A stretch of DNA of 32,000 nucleotides from Chlamydiota bacterium. GTDB taxonomy: Bacteria > Auribacterota > JACPWU01. Positions 23,095 to 30,887 of this stretch are shown here, piece by piece (within the stretch, counting starts at the first letter, position 1; every line of letters begins with the position of its first letter). The stretch covers positions 60,001 to 92,000 of the forward strand of contig JACPWU010000011.1 in the NCBI GenBank assembly GCA_016196885.1, read 5' to 3'. A model generated the notes under the pieces. It did no database searches. It saw only the letters and a program-made list of their open reading frames with translations, and had not been told where the DNA came from. The position numbers were made by a program, and so were the translations under genes.

Positions 23095-24162
23095 TTACCT
23101 TTTCAGAAAAATAAAACTTTCCAAAGTTAACCCGGGCCCAAAAGCCATTGAACATCCCAAGCCACGAGTGTCAGAATTTTCCAAAAATTTCTTCAAGATA
23201 AACATCACCGTCGGAGAAGACATGTTTCCATGATTTCTCAAAACATCATAAGAAGGCCCCATTTTTTCTTTGTTCAATTCTAATTCGGCTTGAATGGCCT
23301 CTAGAATGGTTCTTCCCCCGGGATGAATCGCCCAAAACTGAAAATCATTCAGCAAATGGTTGTGCAAAATCTTCTCTTTTTCTTTTCTCAAACCCAAAGC
23401 TAAAGACTGAGGAAGCTCTGGATGCAAATTCATAAAAAAACCATCATTTCCAATCGTCCATCCCATTTTGTCTAAGCTTTCAGGAATGACCGTCGTATAA
23501 AAATCTTCAATCTTTATTCCAACAGGCTCAGCACTGATAAGACTTGCCGCACATCCATCCGCAAAAAGCAGAAATGAAATCAATTGATCAAAGGGAACAC
23601 CCTCTTTTCTCCAATGCAAGGTACAAAGCTCCAGATTGACCATCAAAACCTTTGCATGAGGATTTCCCTGAATCATACTTCTTGCCAATTTCAGCCCCGG
23701 AATGGCCGCATAACAGCCCATGTAACCGATAAAAGTTCTTTCAATATTGGGGTTTAAATTTAACTTTTGAACAATATCAATATCTAGACCAGGTGCATAA
23801 AAACCAGTGCATGAAGTGATGATTAAATGCGTGATTTTTTCATTCAGACCATCTGATAAAATAGGTTTCAACGCTTGATCCGCCAAAGGGAAAGCCTCTG
23901 TTTTGTACCGGGCCATTCTCTCTTGTGTGGAAGGAAAATGATTTGAATGATAAAAAGCCTGAGGAATTTCTCCATTCTCAGAGAAAAAATGTTGAAGAAC
24001 CGTGTGGCGTTTTTCAATCCCTAATCTTTTGGCAATGGCCAAAAACTTCTGCTTGTCTTCTTGAGAACAAACAAACCGGGATAAAAAATCAATAGATCTT
24101 GCATGCCCTTCATAGGGAGGAACCGCTGTCGAGATACGATTGATGTAAATGGGAGAGATCAT
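23095..24162 (-). CDS. Type III polyketide synthase (chalcone/stilbene synthase family)
   Basis: Start trimmed to the ATG at 24160-24162 (MISPIYINRISTAVPPYE). The Cys-His-Asn triad context is visible (ITSCTGFYAPG; FWAIHPGG; GNMSSPTV). Confidence 0.9.
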   Translation of the reverse strand: MISPIYINRISTAVPPYEGHARSIDFLSRFVCSQEDKQKFLAIAKRLGIEKRHTVLQHFFSENGEIPQAFYHSNHFPSTQERMARYKTEAFPLADQALKPILSDGLNEKITHLIITSCTGFYAPGLDIDIVQKLNLNPNIERTFIGYMGCYAAIPGLKLARSMIQGNPHAKVLMVNLELCTLHWRKEGVPFDQLISFLLFADGCAASLISAEPVGIKIEDFYTTVIPESLDKMGWTIGNDGFFMNLHPELPQSLALGLRKEKEKILHNHLLNDFQFWAIHPGGRTILEAIQAELELNKEKMGPSYDVLRNHGNMSSPTVMFILKKFLENSDTRGLGCSMAFGPGLTLESFIFLKR

Positions 24163-24168
24163 AAAGAC

Positions 24169-24298
24169 AAATCCGAAATCCAAAATTCGAAGCACGAAAC
24201 AAATTCAAAATTCAAATATCTAAAAAAGCAAAACGTTTTTAATTTTAAATTTAGGTTTTCGAATTTGTTTCGGATTTCGATTTTCAAACTTCGAATTT
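24169..24298. repeat. Word-repeat hairpin W13 (CGAAAT/TTCGAA words)
   Basis: AAATCCGAAATCCAAAATTCGAAGCACGAAACAAATTCAAAA pairs with TTTTCGAATTTGTTTCGGATTTCGATTTTC.... The loop contains AAAAAAGCAAAACGTTTTT. It fills the GH94-PKS gap. Confidence 0.8.
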
Positions 24299-24302
24299 AT
24301 AC

Positions 24303-26768
24303 TCAAAGCGCTAACACACTCTCAGTCCCTAAGGTTGCCTTCAACTTTTTATCTAAAGAAGCCCCCAAAATCACCTCTACTCGATGAATACCCCCATCTC
24401 CAAAGGGCCTGACCTTATTTCCCTCTATCGCCTGACCGTCTACGCGAACTTCTTTCACACCCGAAGAAACATGTTTAGGGTTTTTGACTTCAATTTCATA
24501 GAGATCTCCTCGAAATCGACGAATCATTTTAAATCCGTCCCATTCTTTCAGAATACAAGGATCTATGACCAAACCATCATAATCCGGTCGAATGCCCAAA
24601 ATCCATTCTGTCGTAATTCGATAATACCAAGCCGCGGATCCCGTGTACCAGCTCCAGCCGCCACGTCCATAATGAGGCGATTCAGGACCATCCACATTTC
24701 CAGGAAGAACATAGGGCTCTGACCAATAAAGATCGGGCTTGTTTCCTCGATAAATGGGGGAAATTCTCTGATAAGTTTCAAAAGCCTTAGCGCCGTCTTT
24801 TGCCACGCATTCGGCCCAGACTCCCCAAACACCTGCATGCGTATAAAGACCGCCATTCTCACGCATTCCAGCCGGATACCGCGTCAAATAGCCCACTTCA
24901 AGATCAGGCGTCTTATAAGCAGGATAAAAAAGAATAGGACCGTAATCTTTATAAAGATATTTCTCCATCATCTTTTTAACGATTTGAGCCCGCTCTCCTT
25001 CGGCTGTCCCATGAATCAGTGACCAAGTTTGGGCGTTGATAAAAATCTTTCCTTCTTTGTTCTCATGGCTCCCCAAAACTTTTCCGGAGTCTGTGGTCGC
25101 ACGCCAATACCATTGGCCATCCCAACCCACTTCATTGACTGCCCGCTTTAATGTAGACGCTTCTTGACGCATTCTTTGAACGAACTCACGATCATTTTCC
25201 TTTTCGGCGACACGAGAAAACTCATTCAAAATGCCATAGAGAAAATGTCCCATCCAAACGGATTCCCCTTTTCCCTCACGTCCACAGGCATTCAGACCAT
25301 CATTCCAATCCCCTTCTAAAATCAAAGGAATCCCGCGAGGACTTTTTCGAGAAAGCACTTTCAGAATCGCTCTTTTACAATGCTCATAAATCGAAGCACT
25401 TCCCTCATTCTTCAAAAAGGGAACTTCTTCACGCAGCAAAGAAAAATCGCCCGTTTCTTTCAAATAATTCATCAAAACAAAAGGCAACCAAAGCAAATTA
25501 TCCGAATGATGAGAACCACTGGCCTCAGGCGCTAAATTCTGCCACCAATGCTGCACCGTCCCATCTGCAAATTGATGAGCGGCATGGAGCTTTAATTGAT
25601 CTGCAGTTTTAGAAGGATTAAGGGGTAAGAAAACCTGGCTGTCTTGAAGCTGGTCTCTAAAACCATAGGCTCCTCCACCCTGATAATAGCCGGTCCGGCC
25701 CCAAATACGGCCTGAGATGGACTGATACTTAAGCCAAGTATTGGTCATGATATTTAAAGCAGGATCCGGCGTTTGAACCGTGAGCCCCTCTAATGTTTTT
25801 TCCCAGAAAGCCTTTGTCTCGCTTAAAGCCTCAGATGCCTTCACAGGATCCAAATACTGACTCAAAGTTTCTTTGACGCCAGATTCTTTTTCAGCAAGTC
25901 CGGTCACGAAAACACATTTTTCAACTTTGCCGGGTTTTAAATTAAATTTCAAATGAAGGCTCGAAATAGAATCATTCCATTTTCCATCATGGTTGCCAAG
26001 TTTTCCAGCCACCACCGCCTTCGGGGCCATCCTATTTCCATATTTGCCGACAAAGCTCTCTTTATCGCCTTCAAAACCGGTAGGTCTACGACTGGCGGCA
26101 TGAAAAGCAACATAAGAATAGCTGTTGTTCCAAAGTTGACCTTTTTGATTTGGAATGTCCCAAAATCTTTTTTTAGCTAAAAGCGCCTGAAGAGATTCCT
26201 GATATTCCGTTTCAATAAAAAGACGATGAAATTCACGATGACTGTCGGGCCAACGTCCCAAAAGCCATTCAAAAAAAGTAAAAATAGAAATTTTTCTGGG
26301 TTTCTTTCCTGTGTTCTCCAATTCCAAAATCCAAACTTCAGCTGATCCCTCAGGTGGAACAAAAAATGTAATCTTCCCTCGAATCCCTTCCCAAACAACC
26401 TCCATTGTCGTGTAGCCCACCCCGTGACGGCATTCAAAAAACGAAAGTTTTGAGCAAGTCGGCTTCCAGGTTAAAGAACCGATTGTCCCCTTTTCATCGT
26501 CTCTTACATAAATAAATTTTCCCCATGGATCCTGAATCAAATCCTGCTCCCAACGCGTCACACGATTGATTTGGGCATTGTCCATCCAACTGTAGCCACC
26601 TCCAGTTTGAGAAAGAATGATGCCGTAACGACCGTTGCTCATGACATTGACCCAAGGCCGAGGCGTGTCAGGTCGGGTAATCACATACTCTTTTCCATCT
26701 TCGGTGAAATAACCATAGGCATTCTTAAACAATTTTTTTTCTGTGTTTTTCACCTGAAAGTCCTCCAT
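24303..26768 (-). CDS. GH94 glycoside phosphorylase (cellobiose/chitobiose/cellodextrin phosphorylase family)
   Basis: 821 aa. The N-terminus FGYF..EYVITRPDTPRPW.N and the later GGGYGFRDQLQD and DWND motifs are typical of GH94. Confidence 0.88.
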   Translation of the reverse strand: MEDFQVKNTEKKLFKNAYGYFTEDGKEYVITRPDTPRPWVNVMSNGRYGIILSQTGGGYSWMDNAQINRVTRWEQDLIQDPWGKFIYVRDDEKGTIGSLTWKPTCSKLSFFECRHGVGYTTMEVVWEGIRGKITFFVPPEGSAEVWILELENTGKKPRKISIFTFFEWLLGRWPDSHREFHRLFIETEYQESLQALLAKKRFWDIPNQKGQLWNNSYSYVAFHAASRRPTGFEGDKESFVGKYGNRMAPKAVVAGKLGNHDGKWNDSISSLHLKFNLKPGKVEKCVFVTGLAEKESGVKETLSQYLDPVKASEALSETKAFWEKTLEGLTVQTPDPALNIMTNTWLKYQSISGRIWGRTGYYQGGGAYGFRDQLQDSQVFLPLNPSKTADQLKLHAAHQFADGTVQHWWQNLAPEASGSHHSDNLLWLPFVLMNYLKETGDFSLLREEVPFLKNEGSASIYEHCKRAILKVLSRKSPRGIPLILEGDWNDGLNACGREGKGESVWMGHFLYGILNEFSRVAEKENDREFVQRMRQEASTLKRAVNEVGWDGQWYWRATTDSGKVLGSHENKEGKIFINAQTWSLIHGTAEGERAQIVKKMMEKYLYKDYGPILFYPAYKTPDLEVGYLTRYPAGMRENGGLYTHAGVWGVWAECVAKDGAKAFETYQRISPIYRGNKPDLYWSEPYVLPGNVDGPESPHYGRGGWSWYTGSAAWYYRITTEWILGIRPDYDGLVIDPCILKEWDGFKMIRRFRGDLYEIEVKNPKHVSSGVKEVRVDGQAIEGNKVRPFGDGGIHRVEVILGASLDKKLKATLGTESVLAL

Positions 26769-26802
26769 TTCGTCTAAAAAAGTCGTTCTTATAAAAATAT
26801 CA

Positions 26803-27072
26803 ATTTTAATAATCTTTCGAGATCATCGTGTGTGATGAAAGTTCTCTCCATCGTGTTTTTTGTAGTCGCCCGATTCATCGGGCAATCCATGCAAGGGGCA
26901 CACGGCAGCCCCATACTAAGGAGGCCATATTCCCACCCTACATGGGTCATCTCTTTAACGATGCAGTTTTGAGCCTCCTTGTCCTTAGTACTGTCAGAAT
27001 TGAGTGGATAAAACTTAATGAACTGACTTGTAAATGGGGCGACTACAAAATGAGCCTCACTTGCATAACAAA
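26803..27072 (+). repeat. REPIN-like element R2, with ~115-nt insertion in the second REP loop
   Basis: Same flanks and REP heads as R1 (core 26862-27046). Extra 23 nt between the REPs and about 115 nt (26916-27030) inside the GCCCCAT..ATGGGGC loop. Confidence 0.75.
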
Positions 27073-27074
27073 AA

Positions 27075-29483
27075 TTAAATAATCTCCAAATAAAATTCCT
27101 TTGCCGAATTTCGATAAGAAATCAAATAGCCCATTTCAGTTGCTGCAAATTCTTGTTCTTTCCCGTTTAAAAGCACTTTCTGAGGCGTCTGTGGCATGCT
27201 GAATAAAAATTCCCCCTTAAGACCGGGCAAACCTTGAAGGGTCAGCGCTACTTTTCCTTCCTCAACTTGCGTTCCTAAAAGCTCAGAAGTCGCATAAAGA
27301 ATTTTCAATCTTGAATTTGGAACACTCCAATCGATTGGAAAAATCTGACCCGATGTTCCTGGAATAGCCAAACGTTTTTTTGACGGAATACGAACTTTCT
27401 TTCCTTGAATCAAAATTTCAATCACCATTTCTTTTTCTACCGGATGAAAATTTAAAACAAATAAAAACGAACCCGCAGGGCCTTTGCGGAGATGACAAAC
27501 CACATCAGGCTCATCGCAAGTGACTTGAGGAAGAACACCCCCTTGATCCAGAAAGGCCTTAAAAACATCCAGATGCTCCGCAATTTGATAATTTGGAAGC
27601 GTTCCCAAAATGGTGGCTTTACCTTTCCCAATTTTTTTCTCAATCCCACAAACTTTCCCAGCAATTTTTGCTACAGGGCTCGCATTGTTTCCGTTAAAAA
27701 TCGTCATGAGCGGGAATGAATTGACCCCTTCATGGTCAAAAAACTGGACCTTTGTTTCTGTGGGACAAAAAAGAGAATCTCCTGTGACACCTAAGCCCTG
27801 GCGTAAAATCTCACAAGGGCGTCCTTCCAAATCTACTTTTGGCAAGGTGGGATAAAAAATGGCCTTCCCTCCCTGATTCAAGAACTCTAGAACTTTCTCT
27901 TGGGTTTTAGCGTCCATCATTTCCAAAGACATAATCCAAATCTGACGATATTTTAGAAGCTGCTCTATAGACTCCTTTTGAAGATCTGGAATCTCTGGAT
28001 TGTAGCTCATCATGTAAAGCGTTTTGATCAAGCCATCAAAATAAAAAGCATCTCTCAACCATTTATAGTCATAGGTCAAGCCTACTTTTTCTGATCTAAA
28101 ATATTTATCTTTCAAGAAAAGCGGATAGAAAAATTCTGTCTCGTAATAGGGTTTATAAAATGGAACAGCGACTGCCGTTTCTTTCTTTGCCGGAACTAAA
28201 TTTGACTCATTGGCTCGAATCCAGCGGTTTAAATCTTCTATGGTTTCATAAAGAGGCATTTCTTTTGCCTTCACATCAAGAGGCGTGTCCCAATAAAACA
28301 TGGGACCGTAGACGCCTTCCCCAGGAGGATTTTTCCCCTGAGAAAACATATAATAATTCCAACCTTGCGTTCCATACGCGAGTGCTGATTTATAAAAAAG
28401 TCCAAGTTGATTCGGATACGTTCTCACACAATGCTCACGCGACCCCGCCTGAAACTCTGCAGAATAAATCGGCAAATCAGCGCCCTGAATCGAACGCGTC
28501 ATTTCTGTAATTACACCCGCGTCATGAAAATTTCTAAAATCTACATTTTCAGGAATGTGATCCAGCCCCAGCAAAAGATCTGGCCTTTGCTCGGCCACAT
28601 CGGCATAAAGCGTTACGCAGACGGGAAATTCATTTGCCCGGCCATACACCCAACCGGGGACGTTTTCATAAAAGGGAGTTTCTACTCCGCGCTTGCGAAG
28701 ATCATCCATTAAATGGCGTAAATAAACGGAATAATACCAGCGATGAAATTCATGCCAATCCCGATAACGGGCCATGTCCTCTGGCTTTTCTGTATTGCCC
28801 GAGGGAGGAATCACTTGCTCAAAGGACGCATACTCTTTGCGATACAATTGATTTAAGGCAGCAAGGGTCTGATATTTCTCTTTCAAAAATTGATAATAAT
28901 ATTTGAGCGTTGCAGGATTATAATCCCCGCAGCCGGCCAGCCAATGTTGAAGTCCGACTTCATTGCAAATCTGCGTCATCACCACAGGCCCATTTTTACT
29001 CACTTGGCGATCACGAATCACAGGAATAATCTGGTCAAACCACTTGGCCGCATATTCCAAAAAGAGAGGATGCATGAGAGAACACACAAAAGGAATATAC
29101 GGCTGGCCTTGAGGATTCTGAACTTGCACTTCGGGATGGCGATTTAAAAACCAACGCGGAATTCCTTGATCTTGGTACTCGGCCAAAATATAGGGGCCCG
29201 GTTTTACCACTACATCCAGGCCCGACTTCCCGCAAAGATCGATGAACCCAATAATATCCTTTTCAGGACCAGTCTTACCTTCTAAATCAAAACTTCCCTC
29301 TTTCGTCTCATGCCAAGACCATGGGATGTACGTCGTAACTGCATTCAAGTGGGCCTTCTTCATTTTCTCCAAATGCTTCGGCCAATCCTTCTTTTGGACT
29401 CGAAAATAATGCATCTCCCCGGAAAGCATAAAAAAAGGGGCCCCTTCCTTCTTAAAACCTTCTTGTGTCAATTCAAAGCGCAT
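27075..29483 (-). CDS. GH35-family beta-galactosidase
   Basis: 802 aa. N-terminal GEMHYFRV....W...L.KMK.AHLNAV.TYIPW..HE is the GH35 catalytic-domain signature. AGGAG RBS. Confidence 0.85.
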   Translation of the reverse strand: MRFELTQEGFKKEGAPFFMLSGEMHYFRVQKKDWPKHLEKMKKAHLNAVTTYIPWSWHETKEGSFDLEGKTGPEKDIIGFIDLCGKSGLDVVVKPGPYILAEYQDQGIPRWFLNRHPEVQVQNPQGQPYIPFVCSLMHPLFLEYAAKWFDQIIPVIRDRQVSKNGPVVMTQICNEVGLQHWLAGCGDYNPATLKYYYQFLKEKYQTLAALNQLYRKEYASFEQVIPPSGNTEKPEDMARYRDWHEFHRWYYSVYLRHLMDDLRKRGVETPFYENVPGWVYGRANEFPVCVTLYADVAEQRPDLLLGLDHIPENVDFRNFHDAGVITEMTRSIQGADLPIYSAEFQAGSREHCVRTYPNQLGLFYKSALAYGTQGWNYYMFSQGKNPPGEGVYGPMFYWDTPLDVKAKEMPLYETIEDLNRWIRANESNLVPAKKETAVAVPFYKPYYETEFFYPLFLKDKYFRSEKVGLTYDYKWLRDAFYFDGLIKTLYMMSYNPEIPDLQKESIEQLLKYRQIWIMSLEMMDAKTQEKVLEFLNQGGKAIFYPTLPKVDLEGRPCEILRQGLGVTGDSLFCPTETKVQFFDHEGVNSFPLMTIFNGNNASPVAKIAGKVCGIEKKIGKGKATILGTLPNYQIAEHLDVFKAFLDQGGVLPQVTCDEPDVVCHLRKGPAGSFLFVLNFHPVEKEMVIEILIQGKKVRIPSKKRLAIPGTSGQIFPIDWSVPNSRLKILYATSELLGTQVEEGKVALTLQGLPGLKGEFLFSMPQTPQKVLLNGKEQEFAATEMGYLISYRNSAKEFYLEII

Positions 29484-29508
29484 ATTTTGCTCCTAAGACT
29501 TAATTAAA

Positions 29509-29655
29509 GCGGGTGGCCCGACTGGGGGTCCCCCACCAGCGTCAGCAGGTAGAGGTCTGAATTTTTACATCCCATCAACAAACAAACCCGACACCGACCC
29601 CACAGGGGCTATAACCTCTGTGCCGCTGGTGGGGGTGAGGAGGGACAGGACCCGC
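29509..29655 (+). repeat. S-element copy S4
   Basis: GCGGGTGGCCCGACTGGGGGTCCCCCACCAGCGTCAGCAGG...GCCGCTGGTGGGGGTGAGGAGGGACAGGACCCGC. Begins 26 nt upstream of the GH35 ATG. Confidence 0.85.
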
Positions 29656-29683
29656 ATACAAATTCTTCCGAAATTTTCGAGAA

Positions 29684-29712
29684 AGCATACATAAAATGAG
29701 AGGGAATAACAA
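29684..29712 (-). promoter_or_regulatory. Possible promoter reading toward S4 and the GH35 gene
   Basis: Minus strand TTGTTA (29707-29712), a 17-nt spacer, then TATGCT (29684-29689). The -35 region is duplicated at 30672-30677. Confidence 0.3.
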
Positions 29713-29738
29713 GGGAGAAGTAGACCCCAAGGGTAGAC

Positions 29739-29997
29739 GATGCTGTATTTAAAAGTGTGTCCTTTTAAGAGGAGGCGGGTCCTGTCCCTCCTCACCCAGC
29801 AAAGGAGGCCCGCTGCCTGTGGCAGAGGAAGGGCCGACTGCGGTAGTAGATGTTTTTTTACCTTGTACTGCGTCGGCATCGGTCTCGGTTTGGTTCTTGA
29901 AGAGTCATTTTCAAGTCTCGACCTGCTGGCGATCAGCGGGGGACCCCCAGTCGGGCCACCCGCATCAATAAAAGGACACACTTTTAAATACACGATC
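29739..29997 (-). mobile_element. T-MITE carrying S-element copy S5 (core 29775-29963, inverted; longer centre)
   Basis: TIRs GATGCTGTATTTAAAAGTGTGTCC / GGACACACTTTTAAATACACGATC, flanked by the 8-bp direct repeat GGGTAGAC (29731-29738 and 29998-30005). Confidence 0.88.
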
Positions 29998-30033
29998 GGG
30001 TAGACCTAAAATCCAATTTAGGATTTTGGAATT

Positions 30034-30444
30034 TCACGCTCTAAAAACCAAGATGTGGGACTTCAAAAATTCTGCATCAAAGGTTTCCAAAAAACCGAGC
30101 CGCCCCAGAAGAGGAGGAATTTCGTCCGTATTAAAAAATGCAACAGGAACCTTGCGCAGAAGGTTGCCCAGCTTAACCAAAACCTTTTTTCTGCACAGGT
30201 AAATCGTTTGTTCTCCTCCCACACCTCTGGTTGTATCAATTGCACAATCAGATTCAAGAGAAACAGCCAACTCTTTTGCTAAATATTTTGGAAGAATGGT
30301 AAAGTCTGCCCCGGTATCTACAACCATCCAAACATCCGTCCATTCTCGAAGACCTTGAGATTGAAAGGAGATTTTAGCTACGGGTCTATAGATAGGGCCA
30401 AAAAAGGTTTTACCTTCGTACTTAAAATTAAATTTTACAGCCAT
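30034..30444 (-). CDS. Retropepsin-like aspartic protease
   Basis: 136 aa with the VVDTGADFTILP catalytic DTG motif and a C-terminal LLGRLGFLE segment, the usual single-lobe retroviral-type layout. Confidence 0.8.
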   Translation of the reverse strand: MAVKFNFKYEGKTFFGPIYRPVAKISFQSQGLREWTDVWMVVDTGADFTILPKYLAKELAVSLESDCAIDTTRGVGGEQTIYLCRKKVLVKLGNLLRKVPVAFFNTDEIPPLLGRLGFLETFDAEFLKSHILVFRA

Positions 30445-30638
30445 AAAATAAGGGAATGGGCTTTGGGAAGGTAGGCTATCTCAGGAGTCACACGAGGATG
30501 TTTTTTACGAATACCTTCAAGTATTTTTGAAGCCCCCTCACCCGTTTTAGCAGTATAAATCTTCCCGGCAGCTAAAATAACATGCTTACCTCGATAGCGG
30601 GGGTTTTTGAAAATATCCACCATCTCTACTTTTCTCAT
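30435..30638 (-). CDS. DUF5678-like small protein
   Basis: Start trimmed to the ATG at 30636-30638 (or 30621-30623). YRGKHVILAAGKIYTAKTGEGASKILEGIRKKHPRVTPEIAYLPK matches my recollection of the DUF5678 pattern. Its stop overlaps the protease ATG. Confidence 0.65.
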   Translation of the reverse strand: MRKVEMVDIFKNPRYRGKHVILAAGKIYTAKTGEGASKILEGIRKKHPRVTPEIAYLPKAHSLILWL

Positions 30639-30647
30639 AACGGTCTC

Positions 30648-30677
30648 ATTGTAACACCCCATGAGAGGGAATAACAA
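30648..30677 (-). promoter_or_regulatory. Possible promoter of the DUF5678-protease pair
   Basis: Minus strand TTGTTA (30672-30677), an 18-nt spacer, then TACAAT (30648-30653). This would give a near-leaderless transcript. Confidence 0.35.
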
Positions 30678-30690
30678 GGGAGAAAGAGAA

Positions 30691-30876
30691 CCCAAGGACA
30701 GAGATAGAAAATGAGAACTCAAGAGCGACAGGTTGGCTCAGATGGACTTGAAGAAAACTCGAGGCATACCTGCAAGGTATGTCGAGATTTTCTGAAAGTT
30801 CAGATGGGTCAAGATGTCATGTTTTTATAGTCCCCAGGGGATGCGTCGAATTCCATTTTCTATCTCTGTCCTTGGG
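30691..30876 (-). mobile_element. MITE family M, copy 2 (186 bp, inverted relative to copy 1)
   Basis: TIRs CCCAAGGACAGAGATAGAAAATG / CATTTTCTATCTCTGTCCTTGGG, flanked by the 5-bp direct repeat GAGAA (30686-30690 and 30877-30881). Contains the 24-nt Y insertion. Confidence 0.85.
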
Positions 30877-30887
30877 GAGAATGGGCT

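Noticed and set aside
26917-27082. AAGGAGG followed by an ATG-initiated 50-codon ORF inside the R2 insertion (part of ORF 26828..27082)
   Set aside because: The spacing from AAGGAGG to the ATG is 17 nt. The AAGGAGG is one strand of the insert's own stem. The ORF runs through the REP head and ends inside the GH35 3' end, and I recognise no family.
29509-29655. S element as a known small ribozyme (HDV-like, twister) because of GGGTCC / GGAGGG-type strings
   Set aside because: I could not draw the nested double pseudoknot of HDV-like ribozymes, nor place the conserved twister nucleotides. The similarity is limited to short G/C-rich strings. It remains only a generic structured-RNA hypothesis.
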